A DNA stretch of 64,000 nucleotides from Candidatus Latescibacterota bacterium (GTDB lineage: Bacteria; Latescibacterota; UBA2968; UBA8231). Position numbers and translations under genes: made by a program. The notes under the pieces were generated by a model. That model ran no database searches. It worked only from the letters and a program-made list of their open reading frames with translations, and was not told the origin of the DNA. Positions 27,352 through 36,953 of the stretch are shown in pieces (positions within the stretch are counted from its first letter, which is position 1; each line of letters opens with the position of its first letter). The stretch covers positions 3,232,001 to 3,296,000 of the forward strand of contig OY730476.1 in NCBI GenBank assembly GCA_963422735.1. The letters are read 5' to 3'.

Positions 27352-28128
27352 ATGCACAACCGCATCAAAGACCAATTCGCCGCGGGAAAACCCGCTTTCG
27401 GCGCCCAGCTCCGCTTTGGCTCTCCGGCCATTGCCGAGCTGTTCGGCCACTCGGGCTTTGACTTTCTCATCATCGACTCGGAACACGCGCCGCAAACCCC
27501 CACTGGCATTCAGGCCCAATTGCAGGCCATCGGCAATACCCCGGCCACCCCCATCGTCCGTCTGCCGCGCATCGACGAGGAGCAGATTCGTCTCTACCTC
27601 GACATGGGTGCGCTGGGCATCCTCGCCCCGTTCGTAAACACCGCCGCCCAAGCCGCAGAAGGTGCTCGCGCCTGCCGCTATCCTCCGGCTGGCATTCGCG
27701 GTTTCGGACCGCATCGGGCGGCCCAGTACGGGTTGCGTACCGACGAGTACTTCGCGGAGATAAACGACTTGGCGATATTCATCGCGCTGATCGAAACGGC
27801 CGAGGCGGTCGCCAATATCGACGAGATTCTCGCCGTTGAGGGAGTCGATACGTTCGTCATTGGCCCGGTCGATCTGTCCATCTCGCTAGGGGTGCCCTTC
27901 GACTACGAGGGATCCGTCTTCCAAGCCGCCCAGGCCCATCTCGCCGCAGCCGCTCGCCGCGCTGGCAAACCGGCAGGCATCGGAGTCTATCGACGGGCCA
28001 GCGATCCGCAAGCACTCCAACGCGCCATGGACGACGGCTTTTCGCTGATTCTCGCCGGCGGCGACGAGCCGTTTCTCACCGCTGGCTGCCAACAGATAGC
28101 GCGCGTCCGCGCCGACTTGGGATGCTGA
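27352..28128 (+). CDS. HpcH/HpaI aldolase family (2-keto-3-deoxy sugar acid aldolase-like)
   Basis: GFDFLIIDSEH, LDMGALGILAPFV, RYPPAGIRG, LIET..AVANIDEILAVEGVD.FVIGPVDLS. Confidence 0.9.
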   Translation: MHNRIKDQFAAGKPAFGAQLRFGSPAIAELFGHSGFDFLIIDSEHAPQTPTGIQAQLQAIGNTPATPIVRLPRIDEEQIRLYLDMGALGILAPFVNTAAQAAEGARACRYPPAGIRGFGPHRAAQYGLRTDEYFAEINDLAIFIALIETAEAVANIDEILAVEGVDTFVIGPVDLSISLGVPFDYEGSVFQAAQAHLAAAARRAGKPAGIGVYRRASDPQALQRAMDDGFSLILAGGDEPFLTAGCQQIARVRADLGC

Positions 28129-28131
28129 CTC

Positions 28132-29121
28132 ATGCGTCGGCTTGAGGTTCTCTTTTTGCCCCATCCGGTCGCTGCGATCGCCACGCCTTGGGCGGCTGAC
28201 GTCATTGAGGCCGTAAGTGCCTGCCACAATCTCCGCCTCTTCGACCGCACCCAGCCAGCCGCGCCTCAACTAGCGGACATTGAAGCCATCGTCGATTTAG
28301 GAGGCAATATCACCCCAGACCTGCTGGCCGCGGCGGCCGACGCTGGCGTCAAATTCCTCCAGGTCCAGACCACCGGCCTCGACCATGTCGATGTCGAGGG
28401 GATCCTCAATGCCGGGCTGCTGCTCGCCCATTGCCCCGGGCAGCTTAGCAGCGCGGCTCTGGCTCAAAGTGCGATGATGTTCATCCTCATGTACGCCCAC
28501 CGCTACGGAGAGGCGCGCCGGAACTTCGACGCTGGCAGGCTGTACGCGCCTACGGGTATCGCGCTGGAGGGCTTGACGCTCGGCCTGATCGGTTTTGGCG
28601 CGAGCGGCCAAGATTTGGCGCGCCGGGCCAAGCCCTTCGGCCTGCGTATATTGGCCATCGACATCCGCCCCATTGAGGAGGAAATCCTCGTCGAGATCCA
28701 ACCCGAGTTCCTCGGCGATCCGTCCGACTTAGACCGCGTGGTGGCCGAGAGCGACTACCTGTCGCTGCACCTGCACCTGACGCCGAAAACCCGGCATACC
28801 ATCGACGCACGACGCATAGGTCTAATGAAAAAATCTGCCTGTCTAATCAACTTGGCCCGCGGTGAGTTGGTCGATGAGGACGCCCTCTACCGGGCACTTT
28901 TGGACGGTCGCTTGGGCGGGGCTGGGCTCGATGTCTTCTCGCAGGAGCCACCCGACGCTACGGCCCCCGTTTTCCAATTGCCCAATGTGTTTGCCATGCC
29001 TCACACCGCCGGTTCGACCGACGGCACCTCGAGCAAGCGGGCGCGTTTGGCTGCCGACAATCTCGACCGTTACGCTCGGGGCGAGGTGCTCGTGGGGCAA
29101 ATCACGTCTAGGTTTATCTGA
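28132..29121 (+). CDS. D-isomer-specific 2-hydroxyacid dehydrogenase
   Basis: GLIGFGASG Rossmann motif, INLARGELVDE, GLDVFSQEP, PHTAG. Confidence 0.9.
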   Translation: MRRLEVLFLPHPVAAIATPWAADVIEAVSACHNLRLFDRTQPAAPQLADIEAIVDLGGNITPDLLAAAADAGVKFLQVQTTGLDHVDVEGILNAGLLLAHCPGQLSSAALAQSAMMFILMYAHRYGEARRNFDAGRLYAPTGIALEGLTLGLIGFGASGQDLARRAKPFGLRILAIDIRPIEEEILVEIQPEFLGDPSDLDRVVAESDYLSLHLHLTPKTRHTIDARRIGLMKKSACLINLARGELVDEDALYRALLDGRLGGAGLDVFSQEPPDATAPVFQLPNVFAMPHTAGSTDGTSSKRARLAADNLDRYARGEVLVGQITSRFI

Positions 29122-29141
29122 ACGTCAGGAGATAATTCTCG

Positions 29142-29915
29142 GTGAACGCGCTTATCACGGGTGCCAGTTCTGGCATTGGCGAGACCATCGCTCGGCGGCT
29201 GGCGGCGGCCGGGCACCAAGCTGCGCTGATGGCGCGACGAGGGGAGCGGGTGCAGGCTCTCGCCACTGAGTTGGGCCGCGCGATAGCGGTCCCGGGCGAT
29301 GTGGGGATCGCTGAGGATTGCGAAACCTCGGTGGGGGCGGCGGTGGAAGCATTTGGTAGTCTCGACGCGCTGGTCAATGCGGCCGGCAATTGGGTGGAGG
29401 AGCCGCTTGCCGAGGTCGGCTACGAAGACTTACGCGCCTTTGTCGAGACGGATGTAAGCGGCGCGTTGCAGATCACGCGCGCCGCCCTGCCGATGCTGAT
29501 GCAAAGCGGCGGACGGATACTACATATCAACGGCTTGCAGGGGCTGATCCGCGCTCGGCCACCGGTGCTCTATGCGGCGGTCGAGTCCGCGGTGCGCGGG
29601 CTGTGTGAGAGTCTGCGCTGGGAGGCGGCAGCGCAGGGAGTCCACGTTAGCCTAATCACCCTAGGCGCAGTGGCTAGCCCCGCTCCGGTGCCGGTGTACG
29701 GGGGCGGCCAGCGCTGTCGCCTGAGCCGCGACGAGGTCGCCGACGCCGTGTGCTTTGTGCTGGCGCAGCCGCACGGGGTCAATGTCGATGAACTGGTGCT
29801 GACGCCGCTGGGACAGAAGTGGTGGTTTTGTGTATGTCCTGTAAAATTGCATTGTTTTTCACTTCCTCAATACAGCACCTGCTCAAAAGCCACAGCCCTA
29901 ACTACATGCCCCTAG
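29142..29915 (+). CDS. SDR family oxidoreductase (atypical active site; C-terminus appears to read through towards the IS relic)
   Basis: ITGASSGIG, LVNAAG; YAAVE instead of YxxxK; similarity ends near TPLGQKW. Confidence 0.75.
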   Translation: MNALITGASSGIGETIARRLAAAGHQAALMARRGERVQALATELGRAIAVPGDVGIAEDCETSVGAAVEAFGSLDALVNAAGNWVEEPLAEVGYEDLRAFVETDVSGALQITRAALPMLMQSGGRILHINGLQGLIRARPPVLYAAVESAVRGLCESLRWEAAAQGVHVSLITLGAVASPAPVPVYGGGQRCRLSRDEVADAVCFVLAQPHGVNVDELVLTPLGQKWWFCVCPVKLHCFSLPQYSTCSKATALTTCP

Positions 29916-30691
29916 TTAGTGTGAGCAAACGACCACTATCTCTAACGATTTGGAGCTGCACGGTGCATCTATTCAATAGCTTAAAACGCACGGTGCGTCG
30001 AGGGTTCTTATCTATGTCTCGGTATCAAGAAGATTTGCTCCCGCGTGTGCTATGTGCTGTCCTTCAAACGCGTTCGGTGCCTTTTCGCCGGTGGGTACCG
30101 GTGGTAGGTAGCTCAACTCAAATCGACCGCACGTATCGTCGGATCCAGCGCTTTTTCAACGGCACATGGTCGCCCCAAGTAGCAACGCAACTAACCGTGC
30201 AGCAATTAGTTAAGACTCACAAGACGATTTAGCTAACGCTGAATAGAACCCGCTAGCAATACGGCAAGACCCCCGTACTCTGTTGTGCTTGGCCCGATCT
30301 ATAAGGGCCTATCCATACCCCTTGAATCCCTCGCTTTGGGTCGGGCTGGAGCGGCTTCGATGTCGGATCCAATCGCCCTATTGCAGCTTGGCAGACGAGG
30401 GCCGCTGGCTTTGCTTCCTGCGCACTCATCCGCCTACGCGCTACGCACTCGTTCCACACCGCCTGCTCACGCCGAATCCTAAAGGCCGGGCTAAAAATAC
30501 GACGCGTGTCTAATAAAAACGCGACCTTATACCAACATGCGAATGCGGTGCCCATTCATACTTATCAGTCACCGTCCGGCCAAGGGGACGGCCCTGTTTT
30601 TGGTCACCAACCGCTCCGATGGGGACGCCGTCGTCAAACGGTATGCTCGACGCTGGGCAAACGCGGCGGTCGGCGTTGGCCGTACTGCGAG
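29866..30691 (+). mobile_element. IS4-family transposase pseudogene (boundaries approximate)
   Basis: VLCAVLQTRSV...STQIDRTYRRIQRFF and LTLNRTR*QYG (cf. LTLDRTNWKFG); stops and frameshifts; lower GC than flanks. Confidence 0.7.
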
Positions 30692-30697
30692 ACGGAA

Positions 30698-32287
30698 TCA
30701 GTAGCGCTTGCTGATAAACTCGCGGCTCATCCACTGCCCGAGCACTTTCTGCGAACGGAGCAGCAGCTTCTGGTAGGAGCGCTCTAGGTTCTTTTTGTTT
30801 TTGGCGTTGGGTAGGACGTTGTAGCGGCCGCGGATTTGGGTGATGGCGCGGGTGCGCGGATCGACGGCAATGGTGAGGATGCGGTGGCGGTGGCCTTTGC
30901 CGTCTTCTACGCCGAGGGACCAGATCGAGGTACTGCCGTTGCGGCAGCTCTTGGCGTAGGTATAGACGCAGTGGCCCATTTCGCGGCCCTCGGCCCCCAG
31001 TTCGTGGTTGGATAGCAGCTCTTTTATACTCCAAGTGAGGGTCTCGCCGAGCTGCTTGTCCTCCTGTTTCTGCTCGAATTCGCCAATACTCGAAGCTCCC
31101 CAAGACATATGCCGGATGCGGCTCTTTTTGCCACCGGCTCTGTCTGGTTCGGCCTCTGTATCGGGTAGTAGCACCTGCTGAGCCAGCACTTCGTGCCATT
31201 CGTCAACTTGGCGCAACAGTTTGGGGATGCTGCGGCTCTTCATCGAGAAGTTCGGCTGAGCAGGTGGCCTTTGCTCGACGCGACCGCCGGGCACAACGAT
31301 TTGCTGCGGCACGTATTTCTGATTGTGGATAAAATCGACGATGGGGCCGACGTGAGCTGGGTCGAGCATGGGGTTGTTGGCAAAAAACAGGATCGCGGTG
31401 GACCAAAAGTCCTCGTTTTCAAACGACTGGCCCAGCCGAGTGCCAATCGCCGCCCGCGCTAGCGCCGGGCTACCTCCTTGCCCCAAGACTTGGCCCCAGC
31501 GCAGGGCGTGGGCGATGGAGAGGTCGTTGGGGGCCGCGAGGAAGCAGTGGGCCGACTTCTTGCTCAAGGCGAAGGGGAGGTCGGCAGTGCGGATATTCTG
31601 TCCCGAGCCGATGTGTTTGAACCACGCCTGATGCAAGCCGGCCTCTGGCTGCGCTGCGGTGAAAAAGGCCGCATCCATAAAAGCGGGTACTTCATAGCGA
31701 GCTAACAGATGGCAGGCGAGGTGGTGAAACTGCTTGCGAGGGTTGTGGCTTGGCGACACCCACTCGGCCACGGGGCGCACCCAGTCTTCTGAGTGGCAAG
31801 CCAAGGCGGCCAAGCCGTCGAGGAAGTTGTTTTGCGGGTGGGCACCGAAAGCGGGGATGACGGGGTCGAGGCGAAACAGATCGGCGCGGCGCGCTGCTTG
31901 GAGCAGGATTTCGAGAAAGGCGCGTCGCGCCGGGCCATAGGAAAAGGCGTTAAAAAGGCCACGAATCTTGTAGAGGTAGTCGGCACCGAGCCGCCCCTTG
32001 GGGAGGGTGCGATCGTAGAGCTGGCGGATGGTATTGGCCGGGCTGCGGGTTTGCTGGCGGGTTCGGGTGAGCGCGGCCTCGCCCTGTTGGCGGCGGGCGA
32101 GGCCGCGCTCCTTTTGGATTTGGCGATTGCTCTTGTGGAGTCCGTCGCCCAAACCTCGCTTGCGGCACCAAGCCCTGTACTCGTCCTCGGATTGGAGGCC
32201 TAGGGCGCGGATGTGGCTTTTGAGGTTGGCGCGGTTGTGGGCTCGCTCGATCTCGCTGCGGATATTTCTTTTGCGACGGCGCGCCAT
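30698..32287 (-). CDS. PcfJ-like domain protein
   Basis: HLLARYEVPAFM, WFKHIGSGQNIR, NFSMKSRS..KLLRQVDEWH, ELGAEGREMGHCVYTY, SIWSL, QIRGRYN. Confidence 0.75.
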   Translation of the reverse strand: MARRRKRNIRSEIERAHNRANLKSHIRALGLQSEDEYRAWCRKRGLGDGLHKSNRQIQKERGLARRQQGEAALTRTRQQTRSPANTIRQLYDRTLPKGRLGADYLYKIRGLFNAFSYGPARRAFLEILLQAARRADLFRLDPVIPAFGAHPQNNFLDGLAALACHSEDWVRPVAEWVSPSHNPRKQFHHLACHLLARYEVPAFMDAAFFTAAQPEAGLHQAWFKHIGSGQNIRTADLPFALSKKSAHCFLAAPNDLSIAHALRWGQVLGQGGSPALARAAIGTRLGQSFENEDFWSTAILFFANNPMLDPAHVGPIVDFIHNQKYVPQQIVVPGGRVEQRPPAQPNFSMKSRSIPKLLRQVDEWHEVLAQQVLLPDTEAEPDRAGGKKSRIRHMSWGASSIGEFEQKQEDKQLGETLTWSIKELLSNHELGAEGREMGHCVYTYAKSCRNGSTSIWSLGVEDGKGHRHRILTIAVDPRTRAITQIRGRYNVLPNAKNKKNLERSYQKLLLRSQKVLGQWMSREFISKRY

Positions 32288-32502
32288 AGCCAAGTCCCGG
32301 TTTTGGGGCACCCCTTAATGAGTCGCGCAGCTAGTATAGTGTCAACAGCACCAACAACTTCAGCCGCGACCAGCGTTTTTGCAGATCGAAGACTAGCCCC
32401 CTCGTGGCCCGAGGCAAGGCTTCCATCGCCGCCGAGCCGCTTGCCCGCGCCGGTATCGGCGATTTTATTTGCTCTTACCAGCCAACCCAACGCGATGTGC
32501 CC

Positions 32503-33147
32503 ATGTTAGATCGCAATCCGATCCCACTCTTTCCCCTGCCGATAGTTGTCTTCCCCAACCAAGTCGTGCCTCTACACATATTTGAGCCGCGCTACAAACA
32601 GATGCTCGCCGATGTGCGGACGGCTGACGAGCGCGGCGAGACTCTACCCATTGGCATGATTCTGGGACAGGACTGCGAGGTGCAGGGCGAGGTGGGCTGC
32701 GCGATGCTGTTGGCCAAAGTGCTCGACGAGTTCGACGATGGCCGACTCAACATCATCGTCCGCGGCGCGCGGCGCTTTCGCATCGCTCGCATTGCCGAGC
32801 ACAAACCCTACTTGGAAGCGTGGGTAGAGTACGTAGATGACGCCGAGGAGCCGACGGATCCAGTGCTCTTGGCTAAGGCCGTTGCGGCCTTAAAGAACTT
32901 AGTGGGGCAACTCGAGGAAGTGACCGGCGCACGAGCCGAAATAGGGCCTCTGCAAAACGCCTTTCAAATGGCCCAAGTGACGGGCCTCGACCTAGGGATT
33001 AGGCAACAACTGCTGGAAATGACGACCGAAAATGGCCGCCTACACGCGCTCTGCTCGTACTTTGATCAGATGATCCCCCTGCTAGAGGCGGAGCGCAAGA
33101 TCCATCGCCTCGCGTCCTCCAATGGACATACCCAGGGCCATGAATAA
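32503..33147 (+). CDS. LON peptidase substrate-binding domain protein (stand-alone LON-N)
   Basis: IPLFPLPIVVFP..VPLHIFEPRYKQM, DGRLNIIVRGARRFRI. Confidence 0.9.
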   Translation: MLDRNPIPLFPLPIVVFPNQVVPLHIFEPRYKQMLADVRTADERGETLPIGMILGQDCEVQGEVGCAMLLAKVLDEFDDGRLNIIVRGARRFRIARIAEHKPYLEAWVEYVDDAEEPTDPVLLAKAVAALKNLVGQLEEVTGARAEIGPLQNAFQMAQVTGLDLGIRQQLLEMTTENGRLHALCSYFDQMIPLLEAERKIHRLASSNGHTQGHE

Positions 33148-33152
33148 GGCTC

Positions 33153-33833
33153 TTAGTCGTCCTCGACGAAGATACTACCGGCTACTTCCAACCCCAGCGA
33201 CACCTCCTTGGCGGCATCGATCTTCAATTGCAGCGGGCCGTTAAAGGGTGCCTTGGCGGTGACTTCGACCCGGGTGCCCAAGAGCAATTGCAAATTTTCC
33301 ATATAGCGCAGCATCTGGGGGTTGCGGTCGCTGACCCGGCGGATGACCGCGGATTGGCCGTCTTGTAGCTCGGAAAGACGGCGGTACTTTGGGTGGTCGA
33401 TCTGGCCTTGCTTGGTGGGGATCGGCTCGCCGTGGGCACCGATGGTCGGATAGCCCAAAGCCTCGTCGATGCGATCTTCGAATTCCTCGGAAATAGCGTG
33501 CTCTAGACGGTCGGCCTCGTCGTCGATCTGGTCCCAAGAATAGCCCAACGCTTGGCTGAGATACAGCTCGATCAAGCGGTGATGGCGGATGGTCTCTAAG
33601 GCGATCTTCTCGCCGCTGGCTGTTAGCTCAACCCCTTGGTATGGCTTGTACATGAGCAGATTCATCTCGGCGAGTTTCTTGATCATGTTCGTCGCCGAGG
33701 CCGCAGCCACTTCCATGCGGCTGGCAATCACCGAGGTGGTGACGCGCCCGCCTTGTTTGTCGCTGTGCTGCAATTTGTAAATCGTCTTGAGATAATCCTC
33801 AATAGCCTGAGTAAGCAATCCCTTAACCTCCAA
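33153..33833 (-). CDS. mntR: DtxR/MntR/TroR metal-dependent repressor with FeoA domain
   Basis: EDYLKTIY, HHRLIELYL, EADRLEHAISE, HGEPIP and C-terminal SH3/FeoA; divergent from the tro operon. Confidence 0.9.
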   Translation of the reverse strand: MEVKGLLTQAIEDYLKTIYKLQHSDKQGGRVTTSVIASRMEVAAASATNMIKKLAEMNLLMYKPYQGVELTASGEKIALETIRHHRLIELYLSQALGYSWDQIDDEADRLEHAISEEFEDRIDEALGYPTIGAHGEPIPTKQGQIDHPKYRRLSELQDGQSAVIRRVSDRNPQMLRYMENLQLLLGTRVEVTAKAPFNGPLQLKIDAAKEVSLGLEVAGSIFVEDD

Positions 33834-33890
33834 GGTAACATGCCTTGCCTCGTTTTTAAGATAGGGCCAAAAGCAGATTTAGCAATGACC

Positions 33891-33942
33891 TTGACATTTT
33901 TTTAGCTATAGCTAAATTTTGGTTTGCATGTCAACCAAAATT
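33891..33942 (+). promoter_or_regulatory. sigma70 promoter with overlapping MntR/TroR-type operator palindromes
   Basis: TTGACA (33891)-N16-TAAATT; perfect palindrome TTTAGCTATAGCTAAA at 33901-33916; second inverted repeat AATTTTGGTT-N8-AACCAAAATT at 33915-33942. Confidence 0.8.
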
Positions 33943-33958
33943 GGATAAGCAAGGGACC

Positions 33959-34855
33959 ATGCTCTGGATTTTCATTTTGTTGTGCGCGTTGGGTTGCGAA
34001 GCTCCCGAACGAGGAGACGAGCGGATCGAGGTGGTGTGTACCACCGGGATGGTGGCCGACCTCGCCCGGAATATCGGCGGCGACCGCATCGCGGTTGTCG
34101 GGATGATGGGCCCGGGTGTCGATCCTCATTACTACAAGGCATCGCAAGGCGATTTGGCCAAGCTGACGGGTGCGGATTTGATTCTCTTTAACGGCCTTTT
34201 TCTCGAAGGCAAGATGGCGGATATCTTCGCCAAAATGGCCCGCAGCAAGCAAGTGTTGGCCGTTGCCGAGCAAATCCCAGAAGAGCGCTTGCTGCGTCCC
34301 CCGGAATTCGAGGGCAATTTCGACCCCCACATATGGTTCGACGTATCGCTGTGGGCGCGGATGATCGAGCCGGTCGTGAACAGCCTGAGTGCGCTAGACC
34401 CGGACGGGGTGTCGGTCTATCGCCAGAACGGTGCCCGCTACCGAGCGCGCCTCGACGCGCTGCACCAATGGGTCGTCGAGCAGGTCGAGATGCTGCCGGA
34501 GGCCAGCCGCGTGCTGATTACGGCCCACGACGCCTTTGGCTATTTTGGCCGGGCTTACGGAGTGGAGGTCGTCGGCCTGCAAGGCATTTCCACGGTGGCC
34601 GATTACGGGGTCAACGACGTCACCCGGCTCGTCGATCTGATCGTGGAGCGCAAGGTCAAGGCCATATTCGTCGAAAGCAGCGTACCCGTGCGCTCGATTG
34701 AGGCGGTGCGCGAAGGGTGCTTGGACCGCGGCTTCCAAGTGGAAATAGGCGGCACCCTATACTCGGATGCGATGGGGGCCGCCGGCAGCGGTGCCGACAC
34801 GTATGTGGGCATGGTCGAAAGCAACGTCAACACCATTGTGGGAGCCTTGCGATGA
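33959..34855 (+). CDS. troA: Mn/Zn/Fe ABC transporter substrate-binding lipoprotein
   Basis: ALGC lipobox; GPGVDPH, DPHIWFD, TAHDAFGYFG, FVESS, LYSDAMG. Confidence 0.9.
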   Translation: MLWIFILLCALGCEAPERGDERIEVVCTTGMVADLARNIGGDRIAVVGMMGPGVDPHYYKASQGDLAKLTGADLILFNGLFLEGKMADIFAKMARSKQVLAVAEQIPEERLLRPPEFEGNFDPHIWFDVSLWARMIEPVVNSLSALDPDGVSVYRQNGARYRARLDALHQWVVEQVEMLPEASRVLITAHDAFGYFGRAYGVEVVGLQGISTVADYGVNDVTRLVDLIVERKVKAIFVESSVPVRSIEAVREGCLDRGFQVEIGGTLYSDAMGAAGSGADTYVGMVESNVNTIVGALR

Positions 34856-35622
34856 GCGTTCCCCACCCCATCCAGATCCACGACATGACCATTGCCTATC
34901 ACAAGAAGCCGGTGCTGTGGGACGTAGATCTCGATGTGCCCGAAGGACAGCTCGTGGGCGTCATCGGTCCCAACGGCTCGGGCAAAAGCACCATGATCAA
35001 AGCCATTATGGACCTCGTACCCAAGGCGTCGGGGTGGGTCAAGATCTACGGCGAGGACTACAGCCAGATGCGCAAGATCATCGGCTATGTGCCGCAGCGC
35101 GAGTCCGTGGATTGGGACTTTCCCATCAGCGCGCTCGACGTGGTGCTGATGGGCCGCTACGGCCACGTGGGATGGATGCGGCGGCCGAGCAAGGAAGATC
35201 GCCGTTTGGCTTGGGAGGCCCTCGACGAGGTGGGCATGGCCCCCTTTGCCGAGCGGCAGATCAGCCAGCTATCGGGCGGCCAGCAGCAGCGGGTCTTTCT
35301 CGCCCGCGCCTTGGCCCAAGAGGCCCGTATCTACATCATGGACGAGCCGTTTGCCGGCGTGGATGCGGCGACCGAGCGTGCGATCATCGCCAGCTTAGTC
35401 GCCCTGCGCCAGCAGGGGAAAACCATCTTGGTCGTGCATCACGACTTGCAGACCGTAACCGAATACTTCGATTGGGTCATTATGCTCAACATGCGGGTCG
35501 TGGCGTCCGGCTCAACCCGCGAGGTCTTTACCGATGACAATCTGCAAAAGACCTATGGGGGCCGGCTGACCGTGCTCTCGCAGGCCGCCCAAGCCATGGC
35601 CGAGCAGCGGCGCGAGGGCTGA
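34852..35622 (+). CDS. troB: Mn/Zn/Fe ABC transporter ATPase
   Basis: GPNGSGKST, YVPQRESVDWDFP, LSGGQQQR, MDEPFAGVD, VHHDL; ATGA overlap with troA. Confidence 0.92.
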   Translation: MSVPHPIQIHDMTIAYHKKPVLWDVDLDVPEGQLVGVIGPNGSGKSTMIKAIMDLVPKASGWVKIYGEDYSQMRKIIGYVPQRESVDWDFPISALDVVLMGRYGHVGWMRRPSKEDRRLAWEALDEVGMAPFAERQISQLSGGQQQRVFLARALAQEARIYIMDEPFAGVDAATERAIIASLVALRQQGKTILVVHHDLQTVTEYFDWVIMLNMRVVASGSTREVFTDDNLQKTYGGRLTVLSQAAQAMAEQRREG

Positions 35623-35624
35623 CG

Positions 35625-36953
35625 ATGCTAGCTGAAAACGCCCTGCGCTTCTTGAGCTTGGCCGACGCCAATGTGCGTTTTGTGCTCTTCGGCTCCCTGC
35701 TGATTGGCGCGACCGGCGGGTTGCTAGGGTCGTTTGCCGTGTTGCGACGGCGGAGCCTCGTCGGCGACGCGCTGGCGCACGCGGCCCTGCCCGGGGTGGC
35801 GTTGGCTTATTTGTGGACTGGGAGCAAGGCCCTGCCGGTGCTGCTGACGGGCGCGGCGATCTCCGGGGTGCTCGGCGTGTTGGTGATGCAGTTCATCATC
35901 AACTGTACCCGCGTCAAGGCGGATTCGGCCATCGGCATTGTCCTGTCGGTATTTTTCGGCGTGGGGATCGTGCTGTTGACCCACGTCCAGCGGGTCGGCA
36001 CGGGCAATCAGAGCGGCTTGGACAAGTTCCTCTTTGGGCAGGCGGCCTCGCTGGTGAATGACGACCTGCGCGTCATGAGCGTGCTGACGGGCCTCATCAT
36101 CCTCGCGGTGGCCTTGTTTTTTAAGGAGTTCAAGGCCCTGATTTTCGACGCGGACTTTTTGCAAACCCTCGGCTACTCGGCCCGCTGGGTCGACGCCTTG
36201 CTGATGGGGCTGATCGCGCTGACGGTGATCGTCGGCTTGCAGGCCGTGGGCGTGGTGCTGATTGCGGCCATGCTCATCACGCCGGCTGTAGCGGCTCGCT
36301 TTTGGACCGAGCAACTGCACAAGATGGTGCTGCTCGCCGCTGCTTTCGGGGGCTTGGCTGGGGTCGTCGGCACCTTCATCAGCTCCTTGGTGCCGCGGAT
36401 TCCCACCGGCCCGGTGATGGTGCTCGTCGCCACTTTGTGCTTTGTGACGTCGGCTCTTTTCGCACCCCGGCGGGGGGTGTTGGCGCGGTGGCGCAGGCAG
36501 CGGCACAACAGCCGCCGCGAGAGCCGACAGCACTTTTTGCGCGCATGCGTCGAACTGCAAGAGAAGCTGGAAACGAGCCGATCCTTGGCCGTGGAGGATC
36601 TGGCCATTGAGATGGGCCTGTCGCCGGACCGGGTGAAACGTCTCGGGCGGCGGCTCGCCGAGAAGGGACTCGTCTCCAGTCAGGACGGGCGTTTCGTCCT
36701 GACGGCCCAAGGCTCGGAGGAAGGGATTTTCGTGGTTAAATCGCACCGCCTGTGGGAACACTATTTGTATTATCGGGCCATACTCGACGCCGATCACGTG
36801 GATCGGCCCGCCGACGAAGTCGAGCACTTGCTGACGCCGGAAATCATCGTCCAGCTAGAGGACATCCTCAAGCGCGAGCAGGGGCTGGACCCGGCCCGAA
36901 TCGTCAATATCCACGGCACCGGCAGCCACTACCGCCGGGGAGGGCGCGAATGA
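35625..36953 (+). CDS. troC: ABC-3 permease fused to a C-terminal DtxR-like domain
   Basis: GDALAHAALPG permease motif; soluble wHTH-like tail followed by SHRLWEHYL...HVDRPADEVEH. Confidence 0.88.
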   Translation: MLAENALRFLSLADANVRFVLFGSLLIGATGGLLGSFAVLRRRSLVGDALAHAALPGVALAYLWTGSKALPVLLTGAAISGVLGVLVMQFIINCTRVKADSAIGIVLSVFFGVGIVLLTHVQRVGTGNQSGLDKFLFGQAASLVNDDLRVMSVLTGLIILAVALFFKEFKALIFDADFLQTLGYSARWVDALLMGLIALTVIVGLQAVGVVLIAAMLITPAVAARFWTEQLHKMVLLAAAFGGLAGVVGTFISSLVPRIPTGPVMVLVATLCFVTSALFAPRRGVLARWRRQRHNSRRESRQHFLRACVELQEKLETSRSLAVEDLAIEMGLSPDRVKRLGRRLAEKGLVSSQDGRFVLTAQGSEEGIFVVKSHRLWEHYLYYRAILDADHVDRPADEVEHLLTPEIIVQLEDILKREQGLDPARIVNIHGTGSHYRRGGRE

